Assembly: GCA_963729625.1 (NCBI GenBank)
Contig: CAVSOU010000011.1
Span: forward strand, 416,001-480,000
Length of the DNA stretch: 64,000 bases
Source of the DNA: an uncultured bacterium
Lineage (GTDB): Bacteria > Chloroflexota > UBA5177 > JANWHV01
Direction of reading: 5' to 3'
Shown here: in pieces, positions 9,044-19,183 of the stretch
Layout of the letters: every line of letters begins with the position of its first letter
How positions within the stretch are numbered: position 1 is the stretch's first letter
Notes under the pieces: generated by a model
Seen by the model: the letters and a program-made list of their open reading frames with translations, nothing else
Told to the model about the DNA's origin: nothing
Databases searched by the model: none
Made by a program: the position numbers and the translations under genes

Positions 9044-10627
9044 GTGGTGGCAGCACCAACGTTAACACCGAACCCTCTTCGCCTGGGCATGGAGCTTGAA
9101 CGGAGCGCGGAGCCGTGCACCATGGTTATCTTCGGCGCGACGGGCGATCTCACACGGAGGAAGCTCATGCCCGCGTTATACAATCTGGCGCTGGAGCGAC
9201 TCTTGCCGCATGGTTTCTCCGTGATCGGTTATTCCCGCGCGGATATCGCGGGCAGCGAGTCAGGGAATCCGCTGGAGGCGTTCCGCGACCGTTTCAAGAG
9301 CTCTGTAGACTCGTTTTCGAGGCGAAAGCCTATCGAGCCTTCGGTATGGCAGACGTTCGCCGATAACACAGATTGGGTACCGGGAGAATTCACCCGGCCT
9401 GCCGACTACAAGACGCTCCGCCGCAAACTCGAGCAGGTGGACAAAGCGCACGGTGCTGGAGGCAACCGCATCTTCTATCTGGCGACTCCTCCGAGCTTCT
9501 ACCCCGAAATCGTGCGCCAGCTGGGCGCAGCCGGCTTGGTCACCGACCGTATCAATGGTCAGGGTTGGACGAGAATCATCGTGGAAAAACCCTTTGGGCG
9601 TGACCTTGCTAGCGCACAAGCACTGAACCAGCAGATACTGCAGGTCTTCAAAGAAGAGCAGGTCTACCGAATTGATCATTACCTGGGCAAGGAGACCGTG
9701 CAGAACATCCTCGTGTTTCGTTTCGCGAACGGCATCTTCGAACCCATTTGGAATCGACGTTACATCGATCACGTGCAAATCACAGTTGCCGAGAGTATCG
9801 GCGTCGAGGGGCGCGGAGGCTACTACGAGGAGGCAGGCGCGCTGCGCGACATGGTTCAGAGCCACATGCTCCAGGTACTCGCGCTTGTGGCGATGGAGCC
9901 GCCGGGGTCATTCGGCGCCGAGGCGGTGCACAACGAGAAAGTCAAGGTGCTTCATGCGCTCCGGCCCATCCACGAACATGATGTCGCCGAATTCACGGTG
10001 CGAGGTCAGTACGGAGCCGGATGGATCGCGGGAACGCGCGTGCCGGGGTATCGTGAGGAACCGGCAGTGCGTCCGGATTCCACGACTGAAACCTACCTGG
10101 CGCTCAAGGTATTTCTTGACAACTGGCGTTGGGCGGACGTGCCGATTTATTTTCGCAATGGGAAGCGCCTGCCGAAGCGCGTGAGCGAGGTTGCGATCCA
10201 ATTCAAGAACGCCCCTCACTCGCCATTCATGAGAGCGGCGCAGCAGCCAACTGAGCCCAACGTACTGGCGATGCGCATCCAGCCGAACGAGGGCATCTCG
10301 CTCAAGTTCGCGGCCAAGATCCCGGGTACCGTCATGAGCATGCGTACGGTCAACATGGATTTCATGTACGACGACGCGTTCGACGTCGAGTCACCCGATG
10401 CCTACGAGCGCTTGCTTATGGACTGCATGATCGGTGATTCGACGCTTTTCACGCGTAAAGACGAAGTCGAAGCGTCGTGGACGTTTATCACGAGCATCCT
10501 GAACGGCTGGCGAGAGGCGGCCGACCGACGTGGCGCGCCGTTCCCAAACTATGAGGCCGGCACATGGGGTCCGCCGGCTGCAGATGCCTTCATCGAGCGC
10601 GACGGTCGGAGATGGCGCCGGCCTTAG
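9044..10627 (+). CDS. zwf: Glucose-6-phosphate dehydrogenase
   Basis: IFGATGDLTRRKLMPALY, RIIVEKPFG, YRIDHYLGKETVQN; GGGAGG SD before GTG. Confidence 0.97.
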   Translation: MVAAPTLTPNPLRLGMELERSAEPCTMVIFGATGDLTRRKLMPALYNLALERLLPHGFSVIGYSRADIAGSESGNPLEAFRDRFKSSVDSFSRRKPIEPSVWQTFADNTDWVPGEFTRPADYKTLRRKLEQVDKAHGAGGNRIFYLATPPSFYPEIVRQLGAAGLVTDRINGQGWTRIIVEKPFGRDLASAQALNQQILQVFKEEQVYRIDHYLGKETVQNILVFRFANGIFEPIWNRRYIDHVQITVAESIGVEGRGGYYEEAGALRDMVQSHMLQVLALVAMEPPGSFGAEAVHNEKVKVLHALRPIHEHDVAEFTVRGQYGAGWIAGTRVPGYREEPAVRPDSTTETYLALKVFLDNWRWADVPIYFRNGKRLPKRVSEVAIQFKNAPHSPFMRAAQQPTEPNVLAMRIQPNEGISLKFAAKIPGTVMSMRTVNMDFMYDDAFDVESPDAYERLLMDCMIGDSTLFTRKDEVEASWTFITSILNGWREAADRRGAPFPNYEAGTWGPPAADAFIERDGRRWRRP

Positions 10628-10715
10628 TCAGGAATGTCCCCGTGCTCATCCCCCAGTAGGAACCTACTCCGCCCCCTGTAGCCGGCCCATTGTTTAGATA
10701 GGAGACACGAGGTCG

Positions 10716-11966
10716 ATGGGACAGAACGTTGCTGGCAGCGAGACTGGCGGCAAAGGGTGGGAGGCTTTCCCGGTGCCGCTGGCGGCGATCGAATCGGAGC
10801 TTGAGAAGTTGTGGAAATCGGTCGCCCGGGAGGCCCGGCGAGTTGCGCGCAATGCAGCCGAGCGACAGGACGACGCCGCAGCATCATCTCCGGTGACAGG
10901 CGTTGCGCGAGCCCGCGTGCTCAACTTTGTCGCCTACACGAGCGCCAAGACCAACGTTTCGCGTGACAGAGAGCACACGCTGGATATCGTTGAGCACGTG
11001 GTGGCCACCCACCCATTCCGCTCGATCCTCATTGTGGCGGACGAAGGAGAGGGGGCGGTAGATATCAGCGCGACCGTGCGAGCACGTGCGCTCGACGGGA
11101 CTGACGGGCGCAGGATAGTTCACGAACAGGTTCGCATCGACGCGCGCGGCCCGGTATCCGACAGTCTGCCGAGCATCGTACTGCCGCTCTTGCTGCCCGA
11201 CCTGCCCACCTTTCTCTGGTGGCCCGGAGATCCGCCGGTCAACCATGCGTTTTGGCCACGACTGGTGGATGCCTGCGACCATCTGATTCTGGATTCCAGC
11301 GCCTTTTCGTCGCCAATGGCCAGCATCGAGCGGTACGCTGATTTCGTTGAGGTTTCCAAGAAGCACCATACGTTTGGTGACCTGGCCTGGAACCAACTTG
11401 CTCAATGGCGAAGCCTCGTGTCGCAGTTCTTTGATGGCTCTGCCTGCGCGGACTGCATCGAGCAGATTGTCGCTGTGACGATCGAGTTCGTGGTGCGCAA
11501 GCCATCTGGCACCGGTGACCTGCTCCAGCCCAATCCGAGCGTGGCGCTCCTTATGGCAGGCTGGCTCAGCTCTCGCCTCGACTGGACCGTCGTGTCATCC
11601 CAGACAGATCAGGGCATGGTACGCTATGAGTTGAAGGCACGAGATGGCCACCGCATCGACCTGACGCTGAAGCCGCGGATGTCATCTGGCCCGCCGGCAA
11701 CGGTTGCGTGTGTGAGCATCGATACGGGTGTCGGGGCGGGGCGCGCCCATTTCGCGGTCGAGCGGGAGGGTGACAAGCCTGTCGCTCGGGTGTTGGCGAG
11801 CTTGCCGGATGCCTGCGAGGTCGCCCGGTCGGTAAGTCTTGCCATCGATACTCGTGCGTCGCTTCTCGCCAGGGAGCTTGACCAGGGCACGCGGGACGTG
11901 CGCTATGAAGAAGCAGTTGCCGCGGCCGGAGTCATGGCAAGAAGCGCCACCAATAGTCGAGCCTAA
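10716..11966 (+). CDS. opcA: G6PD assembly protein OpcA
   Basis: LPLLLPDLPTFLWWPG, DLAWNQLAQWR, LMAGWLSSRL; follows zwf. Confidence 0.9.
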   Translation: MGQNVAGSETGGKGWEAFPVPLAAIESELEKLWKSVAREARRVARNAAERQDDAAASSPVTGVARARVLNFVAYTSAKTNVSRDREHTLDIVEHVVATHPFRSILIVADEGEGAVDISATVRARALDGTDGRRIVHEQVRIDARGPVSDSLPSIVLPLLLPDLPTFLWWPGDPPVNHAFWPRLVDACDHLILDSSAFSSPMASIERYADFVEVSKKHHTFGDLAWNQLAQWRSLVSQFFDGSACADCIEQIVAVTIEFVVRKPSGTGDLLQPNPSVALLMAGWLSSRLDWTVVSSQTDQGMVRYELKARDGHRIDLTLKPRMSSGPPATVACVSIDTGVGAGRAHFAVEREGDKPVARVLASLPDACEVARSVSLAIDTRASLLARELDQGTRDVRYEEAVAAAGVMARSATNSRA

Positions 11967-11985
11967 TGTACAGGGGGAATCGGGT

Positions 11986-12810
11986 ATGCCGGACGGGGAC
12001 CCGGGCCAAGCGCGGTTCAGTATTTCAAAATCTATCGACGACCTCATGCGGACGACGGCCACAGGTATTGTCGATGCCGCGCGTGCCGCGGTTGCCGAAC
12101 GCGGAGTGTTCACCATCGCGCTGTCCGGCGGGGCAACGCCGCAGCGCCTCTTCGAGATGCTGGCAAGCCCTGTAGTTTCCGGTGAGGTGCCGTGGGAAGA
12201 CTTCCAGGTGTTTTGGGGCGATGAACGGCATGTGCCGCCCGACCACCCTGACAGCAACTATCGCATGGCAAAGGAGGCCTTGCTGGACCGCGTCCCGATT
12301 CCTGCCCAGAACACCCATCGTATTCCAGCTGAGCTCCCCAACCCGAGCGCCGTGGCCGCGGCATACGAAGATGAGCTCAAACATGCCTTCGATCTGGAGG
12401 ACGGCGCACCTTCCAACCTGCACGCGGCAATGCCGCGATTCGATCTCATCTTGCTCGGCATTGGCGAGGACGGGCATACGGCCTCGTTGTTTCCGCATTC
12501 GCCGGCACTGGCAGAGCGAACGCGGCTCGTGGTCGCCAACCCCGTGGAAAAGCTGGGTACGACGCGCATTACTCTCACCCTGCCCGTGATCAACAACGCC
12601 GAGAGAGTGTGGTTTCTGGTCACGGGCGGGAGCAAGGCAAAGATATTGCACGACGTGATAGAGGGCCCCTATACTCCCGACGACCTCCCGAGCCAGTACG
12701 TCAACCCGACAGACGGTGAGCTCCTGTTCTTGCTCGACTCGACGGCGGCGGTCGACCTCTCAGCGGGACTAAGGTATGATGGTGGTCACTGCGCCGGTGT
12801 CACGCGCTGA
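11986..12810 (+). CDS. pgl: 6-phosphogluconolactonase
   Basis: ALSGGATP, FWGDERHVPPDHPDSNY, LLGIGEDGHTASLFP, RITLT. Confidence 0.95.
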   Translation: MPDGDPGQARFSISKSIDDLMRTTATGIVDAARAAVAERGVFTIALSGGATPQRLFEMLASPVVSGEVPWEDFQVFWGDERHVPPDHPDSNYRMAKEALLDRVPIPAQNTHRIPAELPNPSAVAAAYEDELKHAFDLEDGAPSNLHAAMPRFDLILLGIGEDGHTASLFPHSPALAERTRLVVANPVEKLGTTRITLTLPVINNAERVWFLVTGGSKAKILHDVIEGPYTPDDLPSQYVNPTDGELLFLLDSTAAVDLSAGLRYDGGHCAGVTR

Positions 12811-12859
12811 GGGCTGAATCGACGGGGGCTGGTGCTACCCGGCTCCATCATTATCCAGG

Positions 12860-13882
12860 CTAAGCGCGCGGACGGGCGAACACTGTCACTTCGTTGCGGT
12901 TGTAATAGAGGCAGCGCACGCCGAGGATCGCGAATCCCTCGCGGAGTATAGCGAGGGCGTGTTTCAGCACGATCGATGGCGAATGCTCGGGCAGCTTGAG
13001 CGTGATCAGTGCTATGGCCGATGAAAGTAACAGCGGCCGCGCCGCTACCAGCAGCCGCGCCGACTCGCGCGCATCGAGACGCATGTCGTTGACAACAACG
13101 TCGAACCTCTCGCTGGTGGCGCCGATGAAGGCCTGAGCAGTGCAGGTAACGGCATGCACGTCGCGCTGCCGCCTCACCCGCGGATCGAGCTCCCCTGGGT
13201 CGACGGCCGTCACCCGCATGCCGTAGCCAGCGAGCACCTGCGACCAGCCTCCCGGTGCGGCCCCAAGGTCCAGGGCGTTGCCATGCGTCGCCAGTGGGAC
13301 GGAGAACAGGCCGATTGCCTCTAGAAGCTTCAGCGCGGATCGGCTGACAAAGCGCTGGCCGAGCGGAATGACCGGGAAACCAGCCGGCCAGAACGGCGCG
13401 TCGGATACCCCGGCGCCCGCCAGGATCCTACCCGTGACATACTCATCAGGTGTTGCGACGACGAGATAGTGGTTACCTGACGAACTTCCGGCAAGCAACG
13501 AGGCTACCGCCGTCTCGAGCGCTTCGAGACCATGTCGTCTGCGCCCGGAGACGTCACGCACTGCCACGGCGGCGGAGCCTGACGCGCGGCACTGATTTGC
13601 AACCGCGCTCGCATCCACGGCGATCTCGCTTGTGCGGGCAACGCTGCTTGCTTCAAGAAGCAGTTGCCGCACGAATACGGGCGGGCGATCAAGGCATCGC
13701 CTGGCCACCTCATCGGCGTCATGCGAGGTGCTCGCCAGAAACACTCCATGAGTCAAGGAACGGACAAGACGTGCGTCGACTTGGTCACGCAACTCGTTGA
13801 GCGCGACATCTTCGTAGACGGGTGAGACAAACGCCAGCAAATGCTGCTGAGCAGTCTGAGCCACACCAGCCAGATGAGCCAT
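12860..13882 (-). CDS. RlmM/FtsJ-like SAM-dependent rRNA 2'-O-methyltransferase
   Basis: SRSALKLLEA, ALDLGAAPGGWS, VTAVDPG, VVNDM; start uncertain. Confidence 0.8.
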   Translation of the reverse strand: MAHLAGVAQTAQQHLLAFVSPVYEDVALNELRDQVDARLVRSLTHGVFLASTSHDADEVARRCLDRPPVFVRQLLLEASSVARTSEIAVDASAVANQCRASGSAAVAVRDVSGRRRHGLEALETAVASLLAGSSSGNHYLVVATPDEYVTGRILAGAGVSDAPFWPAGFPVIPLGQRFVSRSALKLLEAIGLFSVPLATHGNALDLGAAPGGWSQVLAGYGMRVTAVDPGELDPRVRRQRDVHAVTCTAQAFIGATSERFDVVVNDMRLDARESARLLVAARPLLLSSAIALITLKLPEHSPSIVLKHALAILREGFAILGVRCLYYNRNEVTVFARPRA

Positions 13883-14194
13883 ACCCACTCCCCAAAGCGT
13901 GCGACGCCGCCAATGGTTCCGCACGATCCGCTGGACACATTGTCGCGCCCAGGCAGGGTGTGCCTACGTGGGCCATGCTGCCTGTGTGGTCACACACCAC
14001 CCGCACATACTCAGAGCCTCAATCCCATGGTACAAAGTGTGATAGGGCTGTTGAGTGTGACGTATATTAACTCTGGCAAGGCACCTGGTCGTCTGCCTGC
14101 TCCGGCGTCCCTTGCATTTCCCGGTGATTCGAGCGCCGAACGTGCTATCGACTACTGCCGCAGATTGAGTTCAGCGACGAGGGCGAATCGCCAC

Positions 14195-17100
14195 ATGGGC
14201 GGAACTAAGCGAAGGCGGATCACAGGCCCAATCATTCGCGGTCGAGCGCGCCTGCTCGCGGGTTGTCGTGTCACGACAGCGCTGTCGCTCATGCTTTCAG
14301 CCCTCGTGTGGTACGGTTCCTTTGCGGGCGGCGGGCATCCGGTGCTTGCTCGAAGCGCTCAACAGTCTCCAGCACACGGAGCTCCAACTCTGCCAGTGCG
14401 AGAAGTATCACTCGCCGCGCGCGTGACTGACTCTGATCGGGCAGGATTCGGCACCCTCGCCCTCGATCCGGACGCAGGCCCACCCGGCACCACCGTGATG
14501 GTTGAAGGGAACGGCTTCGTCCCCGCAAGCATTGTCATTTTGACGTACGTAGACGCTGCAGCGCCAGCCGCCGTCGTCCTGACGACCACTGTATCCGCGG
14601 ACGGATCATTACCGCAGGCCACCTTCATCGTTCCACAGAATGCGACCCTCGGCGCACTTGGGCAAGTAGTTGCCGGCACTGGGTCAGCGGCCGAGGCTTC
14701 GGCTCTCTTCGGTGTGACGCCATTCACGCAGGGTTTCGATGTGTCATCCAATGTCGCGGCTCCGGGTGGCATCACGCAGATCAGCGGCAGTGGCTTCGCG
14801 CCCAACAGCCCAGTCGCAATCAGCCTCAGCGACGCTGCCGGCGTGCAGACTGTGCTCACTCAGCCCGTCTCGACGACGAGCGCCGGGGTCATTCCGCCGA
14901 TGAGCGTGTCGATTCCTGTCAGCGCGACGGCCGGCCTTGCGGCAATCAACGCTGTGGATGCGACGGGCAGTGCCGGTGGGGTTCCGCTCACGGTAGCTCC
15001 AAACGGCTCGAGCAACGCGATTCAGCTCTCGCCGGCCGTGGCGGCGCTTGGCGAGCCAGTCCGACTTGCCGCCGCGGGATTCAGTCCCAATGAGCCCGTT
15101 CAACTGTACTTGGTCGACGCGAGCACAGCAGTGACGGACCTCACGTCGGCACTGGACCTTCAGGCCGATGCAACAGGCGTGTTGAGCGGCTCGTTTGCGC
15201 TGCCACTCGACGATCAGTCGTTCGCGAACCCGCCATCTGGGCGTGTCCAGGGCTCGGGAAGCAACGCCGGCTCGCTGCTCGAGGTCGTAGTCAAGGGAGC
15301 ATCTAGCGGCACGACACTCCAGGCACCACTTATGGTCCCGGGCACGGCAGTGACCATTGTGCCGGCCCGGGTCGCGAGTCACCACGTGACGATGCTGAGC
15401 GGGAGGGGTTACTACGGACGCGAGACGGTTACCGTCTCGGCGGTGGGCGACAACGGAGCAATAACCCAACTGGGCCTTGCAACCGCCTCCGCGGCCGGAG
15501 CGTTCAATCTAGCGGTGACCGCGCCCGCACCATCGCCCGGGGGGACGGGAGTGCTGACATTCACCGTGTCCGCAACAGGAGAGGCCAGCGACCTGGTCGC
15601 ATCTTCCCAGCTAACCACTGTCGCACCCGCCGCACTCACGTTTAGCCAGTATGTGGTTGCATCCGGCCAGGCGACGATGGTACAGGGAACGGGTTTTGAT
15701 GCGTCCGCAGTCGTCACCATTACCGTGCAGGCTCCATGGGGCAGCAAAATAGGCAGCCGGTCATCGCCCGTGTACCCTCTTCAGGCGGTCACCGACCTCA
15801 CAGGAGCGTTCAGTCTGGACGTCGCTGTGCCGTCCGATGCGGCGGCGGGGTCCGCGGTTTTTCGCGCCGCCGACGTTGCCGGGCGTTCGGCAACGTCCGT
15901 GCTGACGGTAGCCAACTTCCCGGCGAGTTTGCACATCTCGGACATCATCGCCGGGGCCGGTACGTCGATCACGGTGGACGGGACCGGCTTCGCCTCTGAT
16001 GAGAGGGTCGACCTGTTCCTCGCCCCACCATCGATCCCGGTTCGCCCTCTGGCGATTAGCACGCACCAGGTCACGACCGATGCTCATGGCTCGTTCGTAA
16101 CGGCATTTCTCCTGCCCACGGGGGGCGGCGTGAACTCGACGGTCTCCTCTGGTGGCTATATGCTCTGGGCGCGCGGCGAGCTGAGCGCCAGACAGGCGGC
16201 GCATGGCCTGGCTATCCAGGTGTCGCCGACCGGCACCCCGGGACCAGCGGTTCGGACTACGAGCACCCCACTACCTAGCACGTGCACGGGGACCACGTCG
16301 GGCGGTGGCACCGGTTCATCCTCCTACACCGTGGCGTATTTCGCGAACGGAACTACGCTGGTCGTGCATGCGGCTCCGGGCAGCAGTGTGACGTACTCCC
16401 AGGATCTCTACGTCGCTAATGTCGGCGATCAGGCGGCGACGGTCACCGTGATGTACCTGGTTGCTTCCGGCCCGAGCGCACCGGCAATTCGCCAGGTGTC
16501 ATTCACCGTTCCGGCTCACGGTGTTGTGCAGCATTCAGTGAACCACGATGTGGGGACCGGCCATACGCTCAGCATTATGGTGCGTATTGAGACACCCACT
16601 GCCTGCGCGGCGCCGGCTCCTGCGCCTCCATCATGCTCGACCGCGGGCAACATCTGCGATACCGGAATCCGAGTGACACTCCTGACTTGGCGGACGCTAC
16701 GGGAACCGCTCAGCGAATGCAGCCAAAGCAAGAGGGACGACCCTGCCGCGGTCGTCTGCACGTTGAGTAAGGGCAGCGCGAGCGTTGTGACGCGCACGCT
16801 CGACGCATCGGCGACGGCCGGATCGAGCCAGGGGGCGATGAGTCACGCGCAGGGGGGTGGCGGAGGAGGGCCCTCCACGATATGGCGTTTCGCGGAAGGC
16901 AATACGGGCACGCCGTTCCAGGATGTCATCGACGTACTGAATCCTGAGACAGTTCCGGCCATAGTGCGCATCACGTTCTTCACACCAACCGGCCCGGTGC
17001 CCGTTCGGGATCCGATTACCGTGCACGCCTTCGACACGGTGGCACTTGACGTGCGCGCAATCTACTTAAAGGCAATTGGTTGCGAAGTGTCAGGAGCATC

Positions 17101-17956
17101 CACCGCCAAGTTGGCCTCGAAATGCGCGGGGCCGTTGGCCGGTATCGCCCTCGGTGAAGGGTTGCAGAGCACAGAGCCCATCGTTGCAGAGCGCACGCTC
17201 TCCTGGGGCTCGGGCCAGCCGGGCGCCAAGCCTGGGTATGACGTCTCACCCGGGACGCCAGCCGCGAGCACTGTCGCGCACTTTGCCTATGCCTCCACTT
17301 TGGGCGGCGATCAGGCTTATCTCGCGCTGATAAATCCTGCCGGCTCGTGTGCCGAGTCGAGCCGGTGCACGGCGCAGGTGAGCGTGACTGTGTATGCCGG
17401 ATCGGGCCTTCGCATCAGTTCGGGCTCGATCTCAATACCACCTGGCAGCAGGGCAACGCTGTCACTGAGCGCCATCGCTCCTGGCAAGATCTTCGCGTTC
17501 AGTACTCGGTCGACCGTACCGGTGGTGGCCGAGCTCACCCAGTATGTCGGAGGGCCGGCGACGAAGGGCGAGCACCCCGGATTTGAAGCTCACGGGTCGG
17601 GCGGCAGCACCGAGCTCACCGCGATCGGGCTGCCGTCATTGGGTGTCCCGATCCTAGTACGTGTGTTCAATCCAACCGGTGGCCGCATGTTCGTGCGCCT
17701 GTCGGTCTTTCAGGGCGCTGGAGCGGTTGTGGCCCCCGCAGGATACTGGGTCGGAGGCAGAGCCTCGTTGGAGGCGGCAGTCCCCTCGACGACCGCGCGC
17801 GGCGGAGACAGTCCAGGTGGCACGTCACAACCTCTTGCGGTGGAGGTGACTTGTGGCGGAGTGTGCGTGCCCGCGGTCCTGGAAGGCGTCCGAGGTGCGA
17901 CTGTGCCGTTTCCGGCCCACCCGATCGCGCAGGCCATGATCAGTTCGGTGAGTTAA
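14195..17956 (+). CDS. Large secreted/surface protein with six Ig-like (GxGF) repeats and a C-terminal four-repeat YFAEG-type module
   Basis: Basic then hydrophobic N-terminal signal; repeats GNGFVPAS, GSGFAPNS, AAGFSPNE, GRGYYGRE, GTGFDASA, GTGFASDE; P/T linker; start inferred. Confidence 0.7.
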   Translation: MGGTKRRRITGPIIRGRARLLAGCRVTTALSLMLSALVWYGSFAGGGHPVLARSAQQSPAHGAPTLPVREVSLAARVTDSDRAGFGTLALDPDAGPPGTTVMVEGNGFVPASIVILTYVDAAAPAAVVLTTTVSADGSLPQATFIVPQNATLGALGQVVAGTGSAAEASALFGVTPFTQGFDVSSNVAAPGGITQISGSGFAPNSPVAISLSDAAGVQTVLTQPVSTTSAGVIPPMSVSIPVSATAGLAAINAVDATGSAGGVPLTVAPNGSSNAIQLSPAVAALGEPVRLAAAGFSPNEPVQLYLVDASTAVTDLTSALDLQADATGVLSGSFALPLDDQSFANPPSGRVQGSGSNAGSLLEVVVKGASSGTTLQAPLMVPGTAVTIVPARVASHHVTMLSGRGYYGRETVTVSAVGDNGAITQLGLATASAAGAFNLAVTAPAPSPGGTGVLTFTVSATGEASDLVASSQLTTVAPAALTFSQYVVASGQATMVQGTGFDASAVVTITVQAPWGSKIGSRSSPVYPLQAVTDLTGAFSLDVAVPSDAAAGSAVFRAADVAGRSATSVLTVANFPASLHISDIIAGAGTSITVDGTGFASDERVDLFLAPPSIPVRPLAISTHQVTTDAHGSFVTAFLLPTGGGVNSTVSSGGYMLWARGELSARQAAHGLAIQVSPTGTPGPAVRTTSTPLPSTCTGTTSGGGTGSSSYTVAYFANGTTLVVHAAPGSSVTYSQDLYVANVGDQAATVTVMYLVASGPSAPAIRQVSFTVPAHGVVQHSVNHDVGTGHTLSIMVRIETPTACAAPAPAPPSCSTAGNICDTGIRVTLLTWRTLREPLSECSQSKRDDPAAVVCTLSKGSASVVTRTLDASATAGSSQGAMSHAQGGGGGGPSTIWRFAEGNTGTPFQDVIDVLNPETVPAIVRITFFTPTGPVPVRDPITVHAFDTVALDVRAIYLKAIGCEVSGASTAKLASKCAGPLAGIALGEGLQSTEPIVAERTLSWGSGQPGAKPGYDVSPGTPAASTVAHFAYASTLGGDQAYLALINPAGSCAESSRCTAQVSVTVYAGSGLRISSGSISIPPGSRATLSLSAIAPGKIFAFSTRSTVPVVAELTQYVGGPATKGEHPGFEAHGSGGSTELTAIGLPSLGVPILVRVFNPTGGRMFVRLSVFQGAGAVVAPAGYWVGGRASLEAAVPSTTARGGDSPGGTSQPLAVEVTCGGVCVPAVLEGVRGATVPFPAHPIAQAMISSVS

Positions 17957-18091
17957 CAATTTGCGCGTTTGGCACGCGAGAGCTTGTATGCTAGAGCTGT
18001 TCCAAAGGTGCGATCAGGCTTCGCAAGACGACTCCAGCCACGCGGTCGTCGCCCATATAGGTGGCGCCGAATCTTCTCGCGGGAGACCAGC

Positions 18092-19183
18092 ATGACAGCA
18101 TTGAAGGGTCTCGTATTGAGCGGCGGTAAGGGCACGCGTCTGCGCCCCTTCACGTTCACGGCTGCAAAACAGCTTGTCCCAATTGCGAACAAGCCGGTCC
18201 TGTTCTTCGTGATCGAAGATCTTGTGCGGGCTGGGATCAGCGATATCGGCATCGTGGTGGGAGAAACCGCGGACCAGATTCAGGATGCCGTCGGAGACGG
18301 CGCCAGATTTGGCGCCACAATCACGTATATACCGCAGCCGGCCCCTCTAGGACTTGCACACGCCGTGCTGATTGCAGAGCCGTGGCTGAACGGGTCGCCG
18401 TTTGTGATGTACCTCGGAGACAACTTTCTGCGGGATGGCATTCGCGACCTCGTGCGCGACTATCGGAACTCCGGCGCGACCGCTCAGATCCTCCTGAAGC
18501 AAGTGGCGCACCCGGAGCACTTTGGCGTGGCAGTCGTGAAGGACGGAAAAGTCGTCAAGCTTGTCGAGAAGCCCGCTCCACCGCCGCCAGGTGAATCCTG
18601 CATCAGCGATCTCGCGCTGGTCGGTGTCTACATGTTCGACCAGACCATCATGCAGGCGGCCAAGAGTATCTCGCCCTCAGGACGCGGCGAGTTGGAGATC
18701 ACGGACGCGATAGCCTGGCTGGTCGAGCAGAATCACGCGGTACAGCCACGCATTCTTGAAAGCCGGTGGATCGACACGGGCAAGATGGAAGACCTCCTGG
18801 AAGCCAATCGCCTGGTCCTGGAACGCCTGCAAGACGACATGCAGGGCGAGGTGGACGACGCGTCATCAGTCGTGGGGCCAATCGAGCTGCGAGCGGGCTC
18901 GCGAGTGATCAATTCCGTCCTCCGAGGTCCCCTGAGCATCGCCTCTGGAACGGAGATCCGAGATTCGTTTATCGGGCCGTTTACCGCCGTCGGAGAGAGC
19001 TGCGTCATCCAACGCACCGAGCTGCAGCATTCCATCGTGATGGATCACTGTGCCATCGTCGATATCGGCACTCCCATCGAGAGCAGCGTGATCGGCAGAT
19101 ACAGCCGTGTGGCGCGGGTCGAGCGGCGGCCCTATGCGTACCGGCTGACACTTGGCGATTACTCGCACATCGAGGCGCCCTAG
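18092..19183 (+). CDS. rfbA: Glucose-1-phosphate thymidylyltransferase (long form)
   Basis: GLVLSGGKGTRLRPFT...KQLVPIANKP, LVEKP, RGELEITDA, C-terminal left-handed beta-helix. Confidence 0.93.
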   Translation: MTALKGLVLSGGKGTRLRPFTFTAAKQLVPIANKPVLFFVIEDLVRAGISDIGIVVGETADQIQDAVGDGARFGATITYIPQPAPLGLAHAVLIAEPWLNGSPFVMYLGDNFLRDGIRDLVRDYRNSGATAQILLKQVAHPEHFGVAVVKDGKVVKLVEKPAPPPPGESCISDLALVGVYMFDQTIMQAAKSISPSGRGELEITDAIAWLVEQNHAVQPRILESRWIDTGKMEDLLEANRLVLERLQDDMQGEVDDASSVVGPIELRAGSRVINSVLRGPLSIASGTEIRDSFIGPFTAVGESCVIQRTELQHSIVMDHCAIVDIGTPIESSVIGRYSRVARVERRPYAYRLTLGDYSHIEAP

